NCBI GenBank assembly: GCA_002269645.1
Contig: NIVC01000978.1
Coordinates: forward strand, 248,001-312,000
Direction of reading: 5' to 3'
DNA: 64,000 bases
DNA from: Macrostomum lignano
Lineage: Eukaryota
In this document: piece after piece, positions 32,801-45,907 of the stretch
Numbering within the stretch: the stretch's first letter is position 1
Layout: each line of letters starts with the position of its first letter
Notes under the pieces: generated by a model
The model's input: only the letters and a program-made list of their open reading frames with translations
Told to the model about the DNA's origin: nothing
Database searches by the model: none
Made by a program: the position numbers and the translations under genes

Positions 32801-34693
32801 CAGATGACGTGTCACGTTGGCCGCCCTGTCATCGTCAGCAGACGCTGTCGAACAACAACAGCTCCAATGCTTTGCTTAGCGACGATTTGGCTCACCTGGT
32901 TTGTCCTATCAGCGCCAGGCCTTGCTGCGTTGGGATCAAGGGTAGGTTATATTTTATCAAATCTGATTAGATGGCGAGGCATTTTTGTAGTGAAATACTG
33001 TTATAGTTGCTCCCGCCGTTTACTTTTAAATGTGCTAAATCGATGACGAGGCAACAATATCAGTCATAGTTGCTCCCGCCGTTTACCTTATTATAACAAA
33101 ATATTACTTTTGACTTTCAATCCAGGCGAATGCGTTATCACGTCGCAGCAGCGTTGCGAATTCATGCGCGGCTCATTTTTCCCAGATCGGCAGCTTTGCT
33201 CGCAGGTGAACTGCATGAGCGAAACCTGCGGCATGCTCGGCGTGGCGGATCCCCAGCAGCCCAACCAGTTCTATCGGGTGCTCACCAGCCTGTTCCTGCA
33301 CTCGGGCCTCATCACCCTGGCCGTCACTCTGGTGCATCATCTGCTGTTCCTGCGCAAACTGGAGCAGAGCCTGGGCTGGCACAGGACCGCCTTCATCTAC
33401 CTGGGCTCCGGCGTGGTTGGCAACCTGGTGTCCATGATATTCCTGCCCTATCTGGTTGACGTGGGTCCGACTAGCGCTCAGATCGGCTCTCTGGCGCCGA
33501 TTCTGATTGAGCTGGGCATGTCCTGGAGTCACTACGAGAGCAAGGTGAGAGGGTGATTTGAGTCGCTCTGGTTTAAATGGTTCACAACTTGCTTGAGATA
33601 GTTTGGTTTATCATTGAAATTGGGACTAGAATCTACAATTTGGCCTCTTAAACTTAACTTAACTTATCTTTAAACTCATTTAAATCCCACAATAAACTCA
33701 ATTTAAAATAAATTCACCCATAAACTCAACAGAAATCTCACCCATAAACTCAACAGAAATCTCACCTATAAATTCAACAGAAATCTCACCCATAAACTCA
33801 ACAGAAATCTCACCCATAAACTCAAAAGAAATCTCACCCATAAACTCAAAAGAAAACTCACCCAAAAACTCAACAGAAATCTCACCTATAAACTCAACAG
33901 AAATCTCACCCATAAACTCAAAAGAAATCTCACCCATAAACTCAACAGAAATCTCACCCATAAACTCAACAGAAATCTCACCCGTAAACTCACAGAAATC
34001 TCACCCATAAACTCAAAAGAAATCTCACCCATAAACTCAATAGAAATCTCACCCATTAACTCAACAGAAATCTCACCCATAAACTCAACAGAAATCTCAC
34101 CCGTAAACTCAACAGAAATCTCACCCGTAAACTCAACAGTAATCTCACCCGTAAACTCAACAGAAATCTCACCCGTAAACTCAATAGAAATCTCACCCGT
34201 AAACTCAACAGAAATCTCACCCATAAACTCAATAGAAATCTCACCTATAAACTCGGCAACCCCACCTCCCAAATCCCAGGTGCGGCCGCTCTGCCTGTTC
34301 TTCCTGTCCCCCCTAGTCCTAATCCTATTCGGCTTCTTTCCCTGGTTCGACAATTTCGCTAATCTTGGCGGATTAGCGAGCGGCCTGCTGCTATCGGTGG
34401 TGCTGATGCCCTACGTGAGCTATGGCAGCTCGCCCAATGCCGTCATGCTGTGCCGCCGCATCAGCGTCGCCATCTGCCTAACAGTCTGGTTGCTGCTCCT
34501 AGTAGGCCTGTTTGCCGCTTTCTACCTGGCCCCGCTAGCGTCCTGCGATTTCTGTGTGTACTTCAACTGCGGCCCGAAATGGTTTGACGGCTACTTCTCT
34601 GATCAGAGCCACGTTGATTATTGCGGCAATGTGAATTTGAGCAATCTCGAGCCCACCAGATGCATTGAGTCGCTTTCGCATCAGCTGACTTGA
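29874..34693 (+). CDS. iRhom (inactive rhomboid, RHBDF-like) paralog B, 830 aa; exons 29874-31046, 32000-32251, 32707-32941, 33126-33544, 34280-34693
   Basis: Exons sum to 2493 nt = 831 codons with GT-AG junctions. Conserved iRhom N-tail segment KWNQRRLQLLSSYGNLR. Motifs FRPYFTYWITLIH, LFLGP..DLIRVGAKYSLC, SGCCVHND, QDPRTC, WPDDVSRWP, PNQFYRVLTSLFLHSG, GSGVVGNLVSMIFLPY, DVGPTSAQ, FPWFDNFANLGG. Confidence 0.93.
31096..31400 (+). mobile_element. tRNA-derived SINE, same family as 21787-22093, in iRhom B intron 1
   Basis: TAGCCCAGTGGTTA (A box), GGTTCGATTCCC (B box), shared core and 3' region, (ATT)-rich tail. Confidence 0.85.
32290..32670. repeat. CT-rich ~14-bp repeat (CTCTCCCCTCTCAT), iRhom B intron 2
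   Basis: Direct reading. Confidence 0.85.
33705..34255. repeat. 24-bp repeat (AAACTCAACAGAAATCTCACCCAT), iRhom B intron 4
   Basis: About 23 copies. Confidence 0.93.
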
Positions 34694-34734
34694 CTTGATG
34701 CTTTGCTTTTGGTGTTGATGACGTTTAGAGTTTT

Positions 34735-35440
34735 CTGGTGGGTAGCTGTTGTCTACAGGTGGGTAGCTGTTATCTACAGGTGGGTAGCTGTTATCTACAG
34801 GTGGGTAGCTGTTATCTACAGGTGGGTAGCTGTTATCTACAGGTGGGTAGCTGTTATCTACAGGTGGGTAGCTGTTATCTACAGGTGGGTAGCTGTTATC
34901 TACAGGTGGGTAGCTGTTATCTACAGGTGGGTAGCTGTTATCTACAGGTGGGTAGCTGTTATCTACAGGTGGGTAGCTGTTATCTACAGGTGGGTAGCTG
35001 TTATCTACAGGTGGGTAGCTGTTATCTACAGGTGGGTAGCTGTTATCTACAGGTGGGTAGCTGTTATCTACAGGTGGGTAGCTGTTATCTACAGGTGGGT
35101 AGCTGTTATCTACAGGTGGGTAGCTGTTATCTACAGGTCGGTAGCTGTTATCTACAGGTCGGTAGCTGTTATCTACAGGTGGGTAGCTGTTATCTACAGG
35201 TGGGTAGCTGTTATCTACAGGTGGGTAGCTGTTATCTACAGGTGGGTAGCTGTTATCTACAGGTGGGTAGCTGTTATCTACAGGTGGGTAGCTGTTATCT
35301 ACAGGTGGGTAGCTGTTATCTACAGGTGGGTAGCTGTTATCTACAGGTCGGTAGCTGTTATCTACAGGTCGGTAGCTGTTATCTACAGGTGGGTAGCTGT
35401 TATCTACAGGTGGGTAGCTGTTATCTACAGGTGGGTAGCT
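34735..35440. repeat. 21-bp repeat (GGGTAGCTGTTATCTACAGGT) just 3' of the iRhom B stop
   Basis: About 33 nearly identical copies. Confidence 0.96.
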
Positions 35441-35639
35441 CGTAGCTGTCTTTTTATTGTCGGCTCTTTACCTAAATTTTTTATGACCGATCTAATATTT
35501 TGTAAATTTTGGCAAGTTTTTAATAATTACATGTAGTTTTGTGATTAATCCTTGTATAATTTACTGAATTTGCGATTTTTTGACCAGCTTGCATTGCATT
35601 TAGCCTTAGTTCTGCATAACAGATATAGATATCTTGTTC

Positions 35640-36430
35640 AAATACATGTACTTCTACTTGACCAGTTACTGAAACAGGTACTGGAACAGGTATTAGGACT
35701 AGGATTGGAACAGGTATTAGAGCAGGGGCTTGAACAGGTACTGAAACAGGTACTTGAACAGGTACTGAAACAGGTACTTGAACAGGTACTCAATAAGATA
35801 CATTTACGAATAAGTAATCAAATTGTTGCAATAAGTCACGGCGTTAAAGAACCCACAACTTCCCAATGTTAACTGGCCAATACTGACGCATTCATTCGTG
35901 TATTTGTTCAGAACTTTTTATATTATATTGAATAGTTGTTATCCTATAAATGAGCTGCCTGATTTTGGCATTGCAATCATTAAAATTTTCTCCAAATCAA
36001 TTACTTGTGTACTTTTAATTTAGCTAAAGCCTTCACTCGCAACTTTTAAATTGGTTAAGTTTAAATTATTCCAAAATGGCGCCTATTCGCCCATGAATCT
36101 ACGAGTTTTGCTACTAGCAGTAGCGCTGCTGGATTTTAGCAATCAATTTATTGAACAAAACTCGCATCTGTTTATAATTTGTTTTAGTAAAATTTTATAC
36201 TGTAATCTTGTACGCTTTATAAACTGTTTTTCTAATTGTGCCCAAAGCCAACGCAAATTATGCATGCAACACGCGCATTATTCAGAAACTTTCTAAAATT
36301 AATTTGCTCATTAATGGGAATGTTTTTTTGCTATTTGTCCCACGCGTGTTTAAATAAACGGTCAAACTGTGCCTTTGACTTAAGCATGACTTGGTATTTT
36401 ATTATAATTTAATTTGAATATATTGCGGCT
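35640..36430 (+). repeat. ~0.8-kb block duplicated in direct orientation at ~45590-46410 (includes 12-bp AACAGGTACTGG repeats)
   Basis: Colinear shared stretches, e.g. GTTAACTGGCCAATACTGAC, TTTAATTTAGCTAAAGCC, GTCCCACGCGTGTTTAAATAAACGGTCAAACTGTGCCTTTGACTTAAGCA. Confidence 0.9.
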
Positions 36431-37183
36431 TCTTATATATAACTCTTGTGGTATAGTTTCAATATTTCAGCATTTTGGGATGAGGGCAGAAAAATTTTAA
36501 CCGTAGGCAATTACTTAATTGATTGCCTTTAATTTATTTGTTCTCGCGAGGTCAATTGTGAATATTTTTATTTGGTCTTTTTCAGCCTTTAGTAGCGTTT
36601 CATTCTAGCAGTAGAACTGCCAGAAGTCGCCCCTGACCATTTTTGCTGCTGAGCAATGCAGGCACACGAAACCCCATAACGCAGACAAACTTTTTGTTGT
36701 GCATCTTTTCAAATAAATATTAAGTCACCAGCCCTCCAGACCGTCGAGATATTAAAAATTCGCCTCAGTGCAGCCTTGCCAAGTCTCCAAACTCTTAAAA
36801 CGGTAAGCCGACGGATGTCCCGAATACGGGAATACGGGACAAGCAGCCACTTCTGCTGCAGCCGAAAACTTAAAACTAAGCTCTATGGTCAAAACTGCAG
36901 CTGCGCTGCACTGCCGTTGCCGATGGCTGTGTCCCAAAAACGGGACACACAGCTTTATTTTAATTTAAAATAAGTGAAAGTGCTAACAGAACAGAAACAG
37001 GATTAGAACAGATAATTTTGGATTGACACCATAGCAACGGAAAGCTCCTTGTTAGGGTACTCCATAAATATTTAAATTTTATTCAAGGGTGGGGACAAAA
37101 AGGGAGCGGGTTAGGAATGGAAAGAGCAAAGTCAACCGAGGGTGTGGAAGAAAAAAACATGAAGACGAGAAGTTCTGTAACAG

Positions 37184-38405
37184 TCAGTGCGGTTGGCTGT
37201 GCCAGTTTCTGAAGCACTGGCCTATACAAAGTGCTGGTACTCCCGGACAATCAGGGCATATGTACACTGTCTTCTTCGCGATTCGGTTCTCGCTGCACAC
37301 GCGGCATCGATTACACGGCCGAACATGGGCAGCGTTCAATGGAGCTTTGGTCGGCAAATGCTGTACTGCAGGGCCGTCACCTGCCGGTCCGACTGCTGCA
37401 GGACGGCCTGCCCTGACAGCGAAATGGCGCCTGCTCCTGCCAGTCTCCTCCACCAAGATGCTGACCGCTTTGCGCAGAAACGCCAGGAAAGTCTTGGTAC
37501 CTCCGTGCTGGCGGTAGACGATCCACGAGTTACGAACCAGAAGCAGCAGCAGGTAAAACGCGAGTTTCTGAAACCAGCGCTGCGTTTTCCGGCTGGCCAG
37601 GTAGGGGTTCGCTGCCGAATCCATACGGTCCACGCCGCCCATACTCTTCGAGTAGGTGACCACTGTCACTGGCTTCGCAATCACCTGCTGCTCGCCTCCC
37701 CGACGGACTCGTGGCACGTTCACACAGGCAGCCTGCCCAGCAGTGTCCAGGAGATACACGGTCTTTGTTCCGCTGCTCTTCCTGTCCGCTGGATCTTGGC
37801 CAAGGGCCCTTCCTGGACATCCGTGCAGTCGTAGAAACGAAGGCAGGAAAGCAGCTGCTTGAACCTATCTCTCGAGAGGGCATTGGGCATGGACAGAAAG
37901 GAGCAATGGAAAACAGGGTCCTGGCTCCAGTAGCTGCTGATCTCCGGCTTTTTGTCCAGGCCCATCAACAGAACAGCTTCCTCACCTCATCATCTGTACA
38001 ATCTCTCCAGTTCTTTACCAGCTTCGGCAACTGCTCTTCGTCAGCACACTCCTCGAATATCTTCCACGCCCTACGATTCGTCCAGGTTTTCACGCTTGCA
38101 ATGATTCCATCAGTGAGGTAGAGACGCAGAAACTCCTCTTCGTTTCCATCAGCTGAAGCTTGAGGCCTCCAATCTGGGTGAACCCCTGGTGTTCCCAGAA
38201 ACTCGGCTTCATTCGGCACAGCATCCATTCCTGTCTGAACAAAGTGCCACTCTGGTACATCACCAACTTCCTCTGTCTGCATGCCTTCTTCTTCTTCTTC
38301 TTATTCTTCGCCTTCTTCCTCCATCAACTCGTCCTCGATTCTATCTAGCGACTCCAGCGAGTCGTCATCAGTGAAAATGTCTGCGTATTCGTTTTCAGAT
38401 TCCAT
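37184..38405 (-). mobile_element. Internally deleted piggyBac (PGBD4-like) transposase pseudogene
   Basis: Acidic N-terminus with a TAA, then FLRLYLTD..., MGLDKKPEISSYWS, MSRDRF-like LSRDRFKQLLSCLRF, KPVTVVTYSKSMGGVDRMD, RKTQRWFQKLAFYLL and C-terminal CRD (CRVC...CPDC...LC...CF..WH). Frameshifted; central catalytic region missing; TIRs/TTAA not identified. Confidence 0.85.
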
Positions 38406-38769
38406 GGCAATAACAACGCGAGTAAGCGCAGCAGCCAGTGAGACAGTAAATATATAGTTAGAGTGAAAGTGCAGGAAAAATAAGAGAGGCTATTTAATTG
38501 TAATTGGACAGGGCCCTAAACGAATATATTTAAAAGACATTAAACTAGGGAGGGGGAGTGCAGATAATAAAAAAGGGGATGGAACTCGCGACTAAAAGAG
38601 GCGAGGTTGAAGAGCCAATCAGAAGGCAGCGAGGGAAACAGATAAAAATAACAAGACTGAACTGGACAAAGAGGGAAAAAACAGTAAACAGAGACAAGTG
38701 CAGATAAAATTAAGAAATGACTAAGACAGTCGCGACAGAGAGAAACCGGCGGGAAAGGGGGTGCTGCAG

Positions 38770-39717
38770 CAGCAACTTTAGCGACTGTTCAATAGTCTAT
38801 GACCCGATTTCGGGACAGCCGTCGGCAACAGGGGTGATGCTAAACGTAGCGACGAGCTGGCAGAGATTCTCGGGCCTGAAAACGTCGGAGCCTGTCCTGA
38901 GTAAAGGCGAGGCATTCACAGATGAAGTGCTTCGAATTCTCGACACTAGAGAGGCAGAGAGGGTATTCCTTGCTACGGATTTTTCCCTGGAGGTGGCGAT
39001 GCCTGGCAAAACAGCCATGACCCGAGAGGGCCATGGTCACCGCCCTGATGTCCCTGCGGTTGAGTCCAAGCAGGGCGGAGGAAGGACAGGGGACCGCCGC
39101 GCGGCATTGCCGGCAGTCGGGGGCGTTAGCCAACCTCCGTGTGCTTTGAAGCCACCCACTGGTTGATCCGAGTGGTGACAACGGCGGTGGGTGTGGGGGC
39201 CACGGGCAGGGGACCAGTAAAAGAACCGGTCGAGCCAGCCTTGGCCAGGCGATCGGCCAACTCGTTGCCGGGGTGGCCCGAGCGCCCGAGGATCCACCTT
39301 AGTGACACCTTGTTAGAGGCGCCTAAGCGGTTGAGCTGCCCGATGCAATCGAGGACTGTACGCGAGCAGGTGGTGGTGCGCGCAAGAGCGTCGATCGCCG
39401 CTTGACTGTCCGAGTGGAGGGTAATCTCCTTCCCCCAGACGCGCCGATTGTACAGCTCCATGGTACTTCGCGATGGCGAGAAATTCGTTCTGGAAAACGG
39501 TGGAGCAGGTGCCGGTGTGCTGGGAGAAGGTCACCTCGGTTCTCCCTCCAGACACGATGAAGTAGCCGTAGTCAGATGCGGAGTAGATTTGGGACCCGTC
39601 AGTGAAGCAGTGGATTTCACGTGGTTTCCAATTGTTCCTTGCTTCATGACGTGTTAGAATGCTGGTGAAGCTTTCAGATCTCGCAGGCTGGGTTCGTCGG
39701 TTCTGCTGCCTATGCAA
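38770..39717 (-). mobile_element. 5'-truncated non-LTR retrotransposon fragment: RNase H plus C-terminal Cys/His region
   Basis: [53 protein letters not shown] (non-LTR RNase H pattern), then LSGHGCF...HFICEC; broken by frameshifts. Confidence 0.88.
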
Positions 39718-40253
39718 AAGTCAATCAAATTATTTAAACGATTTCGCACAGAGTTGGTTTCTACTCGTAGTTAAGCTAGTGCATCGCTATTTCCCAAATT
39801 CATCTAATTTGCCCTTAACCTGCACTACTGGTTTGACTTGGAGACAGATTCTCAGTAGCCTCTTAATATAGACCAATATAAAGCTCTTATTAAAAAGAAC
39901 TTCAGCAGTTTATTTTGCTCAATATATCTATATAAATTCGGATTAAAAGAAAAATGAACAGAGAAAAAAAAACAAAATTTAACATCGGAGTTTAAAATAA
40001 GTAACCGAATTTGCACAAAACCTTTATAAAGCAAAGGTGAAATTCTATGAAAATATAGTATAGCAAAATTACACTGATAAAACCATGTGGACAACAATTA
40101 AGCTTAAAATTAAGAATTATCGACTTTCATAGGCAATTATTTGGTTTGAAATAATCAGAGAGTTGTTTTCATGCGTTCAAAAAGCTGTTAAGATATCTTC
40201 ACAAAGCTTACTTCGCTCGATTAATATTTAAACATTTTGAATTGTTTGTCAGT

Positions 40254-41150
40254 TCAAACAAACGGATCGATGCACTCGCACAGGCACTTTTCAACATTGG
40301 TGTAGCTCTCAGTGAGGTCGTTGATTCCGTAGCTGTGCGTGTACCAGATATTCCCTCGATACGACGAATCGCCCATATTTGGCTGGCCAGGGTTCCAGAC
40401 CTCAGGCAGGAAGGTGAAGTTGCAGTGCTCCCAAATCCAGGTGCCAGTGCTAAAGCTACCGATTCTGTAGCCGCCAATGAGATAGCCATATCCAATGCTT
40501 TCTTGTGTCTTCAGCCAGTGCATGTATTCAATTTCGGCTCTGTCCAGTCCATCAGCGTACTTGGTCAGTCCGGGCTCTGAGTTGCACTTCTGAGATCCTT
40601 CAGTCCAGGTGCTTGCCGGATAGAACTTGTAGGTCATGCCGTGATTTTCATAGCCGTAGCCGCTTGGGCACAACTGGCCATTGGGCAGGTTCTTCATGTT
40701 GCGAACAAATGCCCAGCCAAAGTCGGTGCAGTTCGGCTTTTTAGGCATGTGAGTGCACGCGTCGAATAGGAACATCTGGCAGCCGAGGCCGTTGCCGCCA
40801 GGCTGACGGAAGCCGCGGCAAGATGGGTCCCGCTCGGTGCAGGCGAACGCGCATTGCATCTCCGTGGCCTTGGCCAATTCGGCCGGTTCAACAATGAGCT
40901 CCGGCTTCAGGCAGAGTCGGATGTACTTTTCCACGAACGTGTTGTCGGGTTGGCTGTACAAGACAGCGAGTGGTAGGCTTGTAATTAGCACTGCCAGAAT
41001 TGACAGGCAGATCGATTGAAGAACTGCTGAAAAAATGAAAATAATTATAAAATTAGATTTTAGGCGCCTCACAGAGTCACAGTCAAGTTCAAAGCGTAAT
41101 ACTTTTATCATTTTGGATGTTAATAATATAATATATTATAGTATATATAT

Positions 41151-41187
<37 letters not shown>

Positions 41188-41206
41188 GCTCACAGGTAGT
41201 TTCCAT
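40254..41206 (-). CDS. Secreted PAN/apple-like + C-type lectin protein, copy 2, 261 aa; exons 41206-41194 and 41026-40254
   Basis: ATG GAA ACT ACC T|gtgag, acceptor tttcag, 786 nt = 262 codons, signal peptide METTSVLQSICLSILAVLITSLPLAVLYS, uninterrupted frame, WNPGQPN motif. Confidence 0.85.
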
Positions 41207-41635
41207 GATGAAGAGTGCGTCTCAAAACTGCTGCTGTTAGATTTCTATTTCACAAAACATAGAGCGTGACTTGGGCTTGCGCAAGCGCGGGACGTTATGA
41301 AATTTTTCTAAAGCCTTAGAATATATCCATAAGGATAAAAAATGAGTTGAGAAGTGCTTGGCCAATAGTAAACGGATAAAATGAATGTCTTTAGGACCAA
41401 ATTTCCAACCAATGAAGAGCAAGGCTTTAAGGCTTAAAGTCTCAGCCACTGCGTGGTTGGCCCTTCCTAATTTAGGCAGTAGTAAATGATTGTATTTCTG
41501 GTTACCAAGGGACGGAAAGCAATCACTTTTTTCGGGTTTCTTAGTCATCTATTCCAACTCTGATCTAGTCATGCGTTCAATCATCTATCCGATTATCAAT
41601 AATTTCCCAATTGTCTAATGATACAGTAGTTAACA

Positions 41636-41636
41636 C

Positions 41637-41672
<36 letters not shown>

Positions 41673-41789
41673 GACTAACTAACTAACTAACTGACTAACT
41701 AACTAACTAACTAACTAACTGACTGACTAACTAACTAACTAACTAACTAACTAACAAACTAACTAACTAACTAACTAACTAACTGACTG

Positions 41790-41823
<34 letters not shown>

Positions 41824-41851
41824 AAACAAACAAACTAACTAACTAACTAAT

Positions 41852-41884
<33 letters not shown>

Positions 41885-41907
41885 GACTAACTAATTAACT
41901 AACTCAT

Positions 41908-41938
<31 letters not shown>

Positions 41939-41946
41939 TTAACTAG

Positions 41947-41988
<42 letters not shown>

Positions 41989-41989
41989 G

Positions 41990-42040
<51 letters not shown>

Positions 42041-42071
42041 GACTAACTAACTAACTAACTAACTAACTAAT

Positions 42072-42107
<36 letters not shown>

Positions 42108-42115
42108 AAACTAAT

Positions 42116-42156
<41 letters not shown>

Positions 42157-42157
42157 G

Positions 42158-42216
<59 letters not shown>

Positions 42217-42221
42217 GACTG

Positions 42222-42272
<51 letters not shown>

Positions 42273-42337
42273 GACTGACTAACAAACTAACTAACTAACT
42301 AACTGACTGACTAACTAACTAACTAACTAACTAACTG

Positions 42338-42379
<42 letters not shown>

Positions 42380-42457
42380 AAACTAACTAACTAACTGACT
42401 GACTAACTAACTAACTAACTAACTGACTAACTAACAAACTAACTAACTAACTGACTG

Positions 42458-42520
<63 letters not shown>

Positions 42521-42565
42521 GACTAACTAACAAACAAACAAACAAACAAACTAACTAACTAACTG

Positions 42566-42600
<35 letters not shown>

Positions 42601-42717
42601 GACTAACTAAAAGACTAACTAACTGACTAACTAACTAACTAACTAACTTACAGACTAACTAACTGACTAACTAACTAACTGACTAACTAACAAACAAACA
42701 AACAAACTAACTAACTG

Positions 42718-42762
<45 letters not shown>

Positions 42763-42770
42763 TTAATTAA
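41636..42770. repeat. 1.1-kb (ACTA)n/(ACTG)/(ACAA) microsatellite
   Basis: Direct reading. Confidence 0.97.
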
Positions 42771-42804
42771 GTAACTATTCGTCACATTCCGACCCCTGCG
42801 ACCG

Positions 42805-42948
42805 GCGAGTGCGCCATCGTGTCGCGACTCCGCTGCCAGCAGTTGCGCGGTTTCTACCACCCAGACAGCCAGCTGTGCTCGCGGGTTAACTGTCTGGTCG
42901 ACGCCATCAGCATGCTCGGCTTTTCCAATCCTCAGCAGCCGAATCAGT
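42805..42948 (+). pseudogene. Truncated relic of iRhom A exon 5
   Basis: ECAIVSRLRCQQLRGFYHPDSQLCSRVNCLVDAISMLGFSNPQQPNQ. Acceptor AG is changed to CG, a conserved Cys to Ile, and homology ends abruptly at ~42948. Confidence 0.9.
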
Positions 42949-44179
42949 CCCGGCCCATAGATAAGATAATAGAACACCCCAGTATGTTCAGTAGGGAAGA
43001 AGGAACGACAAAAGCCGAGGTGGCCCACAGCGAAGCAACTCCAACAGGCAGCAACTCCGCAGAGTCGCAGAGGCAACAGAAGCACAGAAGAAACGCAACA
43101 GGTAACACCAGAACACCAGACGGATCTCGCCTCTTTCCTTAGTCGCGAACTCCACCCCTCCTTTTATTATCTGCACTCGCACCCCCCACCTACTCAAGTT
43201 GACTTATAAATATACCCGTTTGGGTCCGGTGCACCACTGTTCAATTTAACAAATTTAAATTTACGCTCGTAAATAGTCTCTTTTCTTTATAAACACGCTT
43301 ATAATTCTTTTTTGACTCTGCTATACGAGTATAACAATCCTGTCCCGCTTCTAATATTGTTTTCTGTTTCCTATTGATAAAGCAGATATAGCAGATAGGG
43401 GGAGCAGGGGGATGATACCTCGTTAGGGGCTTATAAAGAGTTGAAGCCTAAGTGCAGTACCCAGTTAGTGAGGCATGGCTAGAGTAAATTTATTAGGCGG
43501 GCAAAAATGAGGCACCCAAAACAATACCGTAGAATCCAGCAAGCAAGCAAGGCAGGAAATTGACCGAAGCAGTTGACAGGCGGACGCGGCCGGCCGGCCG
43601 GTGGAATATTAAATGAGCCCGGCACGGAGGCCGCTCCTGGGAAGGGGCAGCGGACGCACCCAGGACAGAAGGCCAACCCCCAGGGCGCGTAGCAACCGAG
43701 GGGTGGACGCGCGGACCAGCCCGCACAAGAGGACAGCATAAGAACGTAGGACTGACCCCCCCCCCCAATACTCTAATTCAACCAACTAATTCAGGCCAGA
43801 ATCTGGTGGAACGCAACCGCTTAACCTTCGCCCCTGTAGCAACATGCGTGCTTATCGCTGATTCTATTGGATGCATGTTTTGTAAACCACGTGATGTTCC
43901 ACCCCCATCAGCGGCACGGGATGAAATTGTGGGGCTTTATTAAATGGATGAACTTTGAGCCCAGAGCGGCACTTCTCTTCCTCCACGCTTTTTAGAGAAT
44001 CCTATCTCTCAGCAATCGCTTATGCATTGAATTTTGCAACTTTCTTTGAGTTTGAGTTAAACTACAGAAAATATAGCCAACCGCAATCTCGTTTGTGAGG
44101 CTCTCTCACTCTCCAGGGCACTGCAGAATCCTCAGGAACAAGTAGCTAAGCATAAATGAGAGGGAAAAGAGAGTCCTAC

Positions 44180-44570
44180 ACTGGGGATTGTTTCTTTGGG
44201 GTTTGGGATCTGGGGATTGTTTCTTTGGGATTTCGGATCTGGGGATTGTTTCTTTGGGATTTCGGATCTGGGGATTGTTTCTTTGGGATTCGGGATCTGG
44301 GGATTGTTTCCTTGATATTTGGAATTAGGGGATTGTTTCTTTGGGATTCGGGATCTGGGGATTGTTTCCTTGATATTTGGAATTAGGGGATTGTTTCTTT
44401 GGGATTCGGGATCTGGGGATTGTTTCTTTGGGATTCGAGATCTGGGGATTGTTTCTTTGGGATTTGGGATCTGGGGATTGTTTCTTTCGGATTTGTGATC
44501 TGGGGATTGTTTCTTTGGGATTTGGGATCTGGGGATTGTTTCTTTGGGATTTGGGATCTGGGATTGTTTC
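44180..44570. repeat. Short array of the same 29-bp unit as iRhom A intron 6
   Basis: GGGATTGTTTCTTTGGGATT(T/C)GGGATCTG units in the same orientation. Confidence 0.93.
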
Positions 44571-45578
44571 ATTGTTAATTATTACCACAATTTTAGGGAC
44601 CAATTCTTCTCTGCGCTGCTGCTTGCCAATTGGAATAACCTCGCCAGCCAACCAATGATAAGGTTCGCTGCGTCGATCGATCCACCTCAGTCGGCAAAGC
44701 TCAAGCGTTTCCCCACACTATAGAAATGATATCATTCATTTCCACTAGTTAATCTCACTCAATAGAAGTTGTGCCGAAGAGCTATCAAGCGTGTTGTACT
44801 CGTCACGTCAATGAAAGAACATTTGTTTGGAATTTCCCTGGGTTGGGACGTGGCTACACTGAGATACATGTACATGTACAATTAATGCATCTAGGAATGC
44901 GAGCTGATGCGGCAAATTATAGTTTAGAATGTTTTGTTCAGAATAAAAAGCAATAGCGTTACAAAATAGCAATGCAGGCACTGGGATGGGACACGGATCG
45001 CTCTGAATTTCTGCAGCAGTAAGCAGAGACAATTGAGCTCAGTGGTGCCTGACCCGCTTTTATCATCTGCCTTAGTCTGCAACAAAACCATGCGAGACAT
45101 TTCCATTGACACAGAAACACGGCATACAGAATCTATTCTTCTTTTCACTTTACATTTCCCATGTGCCATAAGACGCAGAAATATGGCTAACTAAATGCAA
45201 TGCAAGCTAATTGCAAATTCAGTAAATTGGACAAAGATTACCCTTAAAACTATTTTTAAAAATGATGAGGACGCACTTTTTTCCAAATCCCGCGCTAGCA
45301 CATGGGCTCTAAACTTACTAGCCTACTAACAGTGGGCAATGGGCATTTTTATCCTTTTTCTACGAATTGTCATAGAATCTATAATAGATATAATGTTTGG
45401 TCATACTAGTAGTCATAATAACATAGGCGCAGCTTTTTGGGTCATAAATCATTGCTTTCGAAGCTGGTCTGACAGCCACCTGCGCCTCACTCAGTGTTGA
45501 GGCGGGCGCCAGATGGTCTGAGGGGATGCGAATGATAGCTTTTTTTTCATCATTTTTGACAGGCCATCAGATTTATGA

Positions 45579-45907
<329 letters not shown>

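Larger units (their letters stand above)
39715..42948 (+). repeat. Partial segmental duplicate of iRhom A intron 4 / exon 5 region (homologous to ~17010-22530)
   Basis: Colinear matches: GCATCGCTATTT, AGACAGATTCTC, GACCAATAT..AGCTCTTATT, AAACCATGTGGACA, the lectin gene, the ACTA array and the exon 5 start. Confidence 0.9.

Noticed and set aside
34703-35536. 277-aa YRWVAVI ORF
   Set aside because: A 21-bp repeat downstream of the iRhom B stop, open in two frames.
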